Part shown: piece by piece, positions 63,723-64,000 of the stretch
How positions within the stretch are numbered: the stretch's first letter is position 1
Layout: each line of letters begins with the position of its first letter
NCBI GenBank assembly: GCA_965219095.1
Contig: CBDCMT010000001.1
Coordinates: forward strand, 416,001-480,000
Reading direction: 5' to 3'
DNA length: 64,000 nt
Source: Bdellovibrionales bacterium
Lineage (GTDB): Bacteria; Bdellovibrionota; Bdellovibrionia; Bdellovibrionales; UBA1609
Program-made: the position numbers and the translations under genes
Notes under the pieces: model-generated
The model's database searches: none
What the model was told of the DNA's origin: nothing
Seen by the model: only the letters and a program-made list of their open reading frames with translations

Positions 63723-64000
63723 TATGTATCTTTAGGAGTTCGTTAATAATGCTACGAACCTGAGGAAGTGTTATATTTTTTAGTTTTTTTAACTCTGAAT
63801 ATCTCACACTCACCCCCTCCTGAGGTATCTTTGAGCCTATATAGCACAACTTAATTCACTTGCCAAAGTAGTACTAGAATACCTTTAATATTTGTAGAGA
63901 AGAAAACGTTAGAAGCATAAACTCTGTTGAATTTTTACCCTTTGACTCAGAGTTACGTGATGGTATTTATTCATGTGCAACTTTCTTTCTTTCTTTCTTT

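Noticed and set aside
63723..64000. Possible IS30-like (YHHVTLSQRVKI) and IS701-like (ITLPQVRSI) remnants on the minus strand
   Set aside because: Too short and cut by the window edge to support a call.

Overview
Low-GC bacterial chromosome segment, most likely from a Bdellovibrionota member. This is inferred from a Bdellovibrio-type MglA with no mglB, a RomR-like regulator, and PilZ-like and DUF4105 proteins. Housekeeping blocks: pyrB; mglA-recR-ybaB-dnaX-ffs; an A2-type caa3-like oxidase operon; romR-nadC-birA; lptG; fmt-def; three tRNAs; queF; trmH-speE-speD. These are broken up by a heavy insertion-sequence load, roughly a third of the window by my count (IS630 of several types, IS66, IS1634-like, ISL3, IS982, and short IS-end stubs), often nested. 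Most notable: (1) a ~2.48-kb tandem triplication whose only intact gene is an unknown secreted 142-aa protein; (2) three palindromic fold-back junctions built from IS sequence; (3) IS1634-like elements repeatedly found inside IS630 copies; (4) a 395-bp IS1634 derivative flanked by an 88-bp direct repeat; (5) a remnant of a type II-B-like Cas9 HNH domain inside a decayed island ending in a split integrase next to tRNA-Tyr; (6) an IS scar that may supply promoter and start codon to a membrane spermidine-synthase-like gene; (7) an intact but catalytically eroded NadC; (8) a eukaryote-type AdoMet decarboxylase. No CRISPR array was seen. All assignments come from motifs read by eye; no database search was run.
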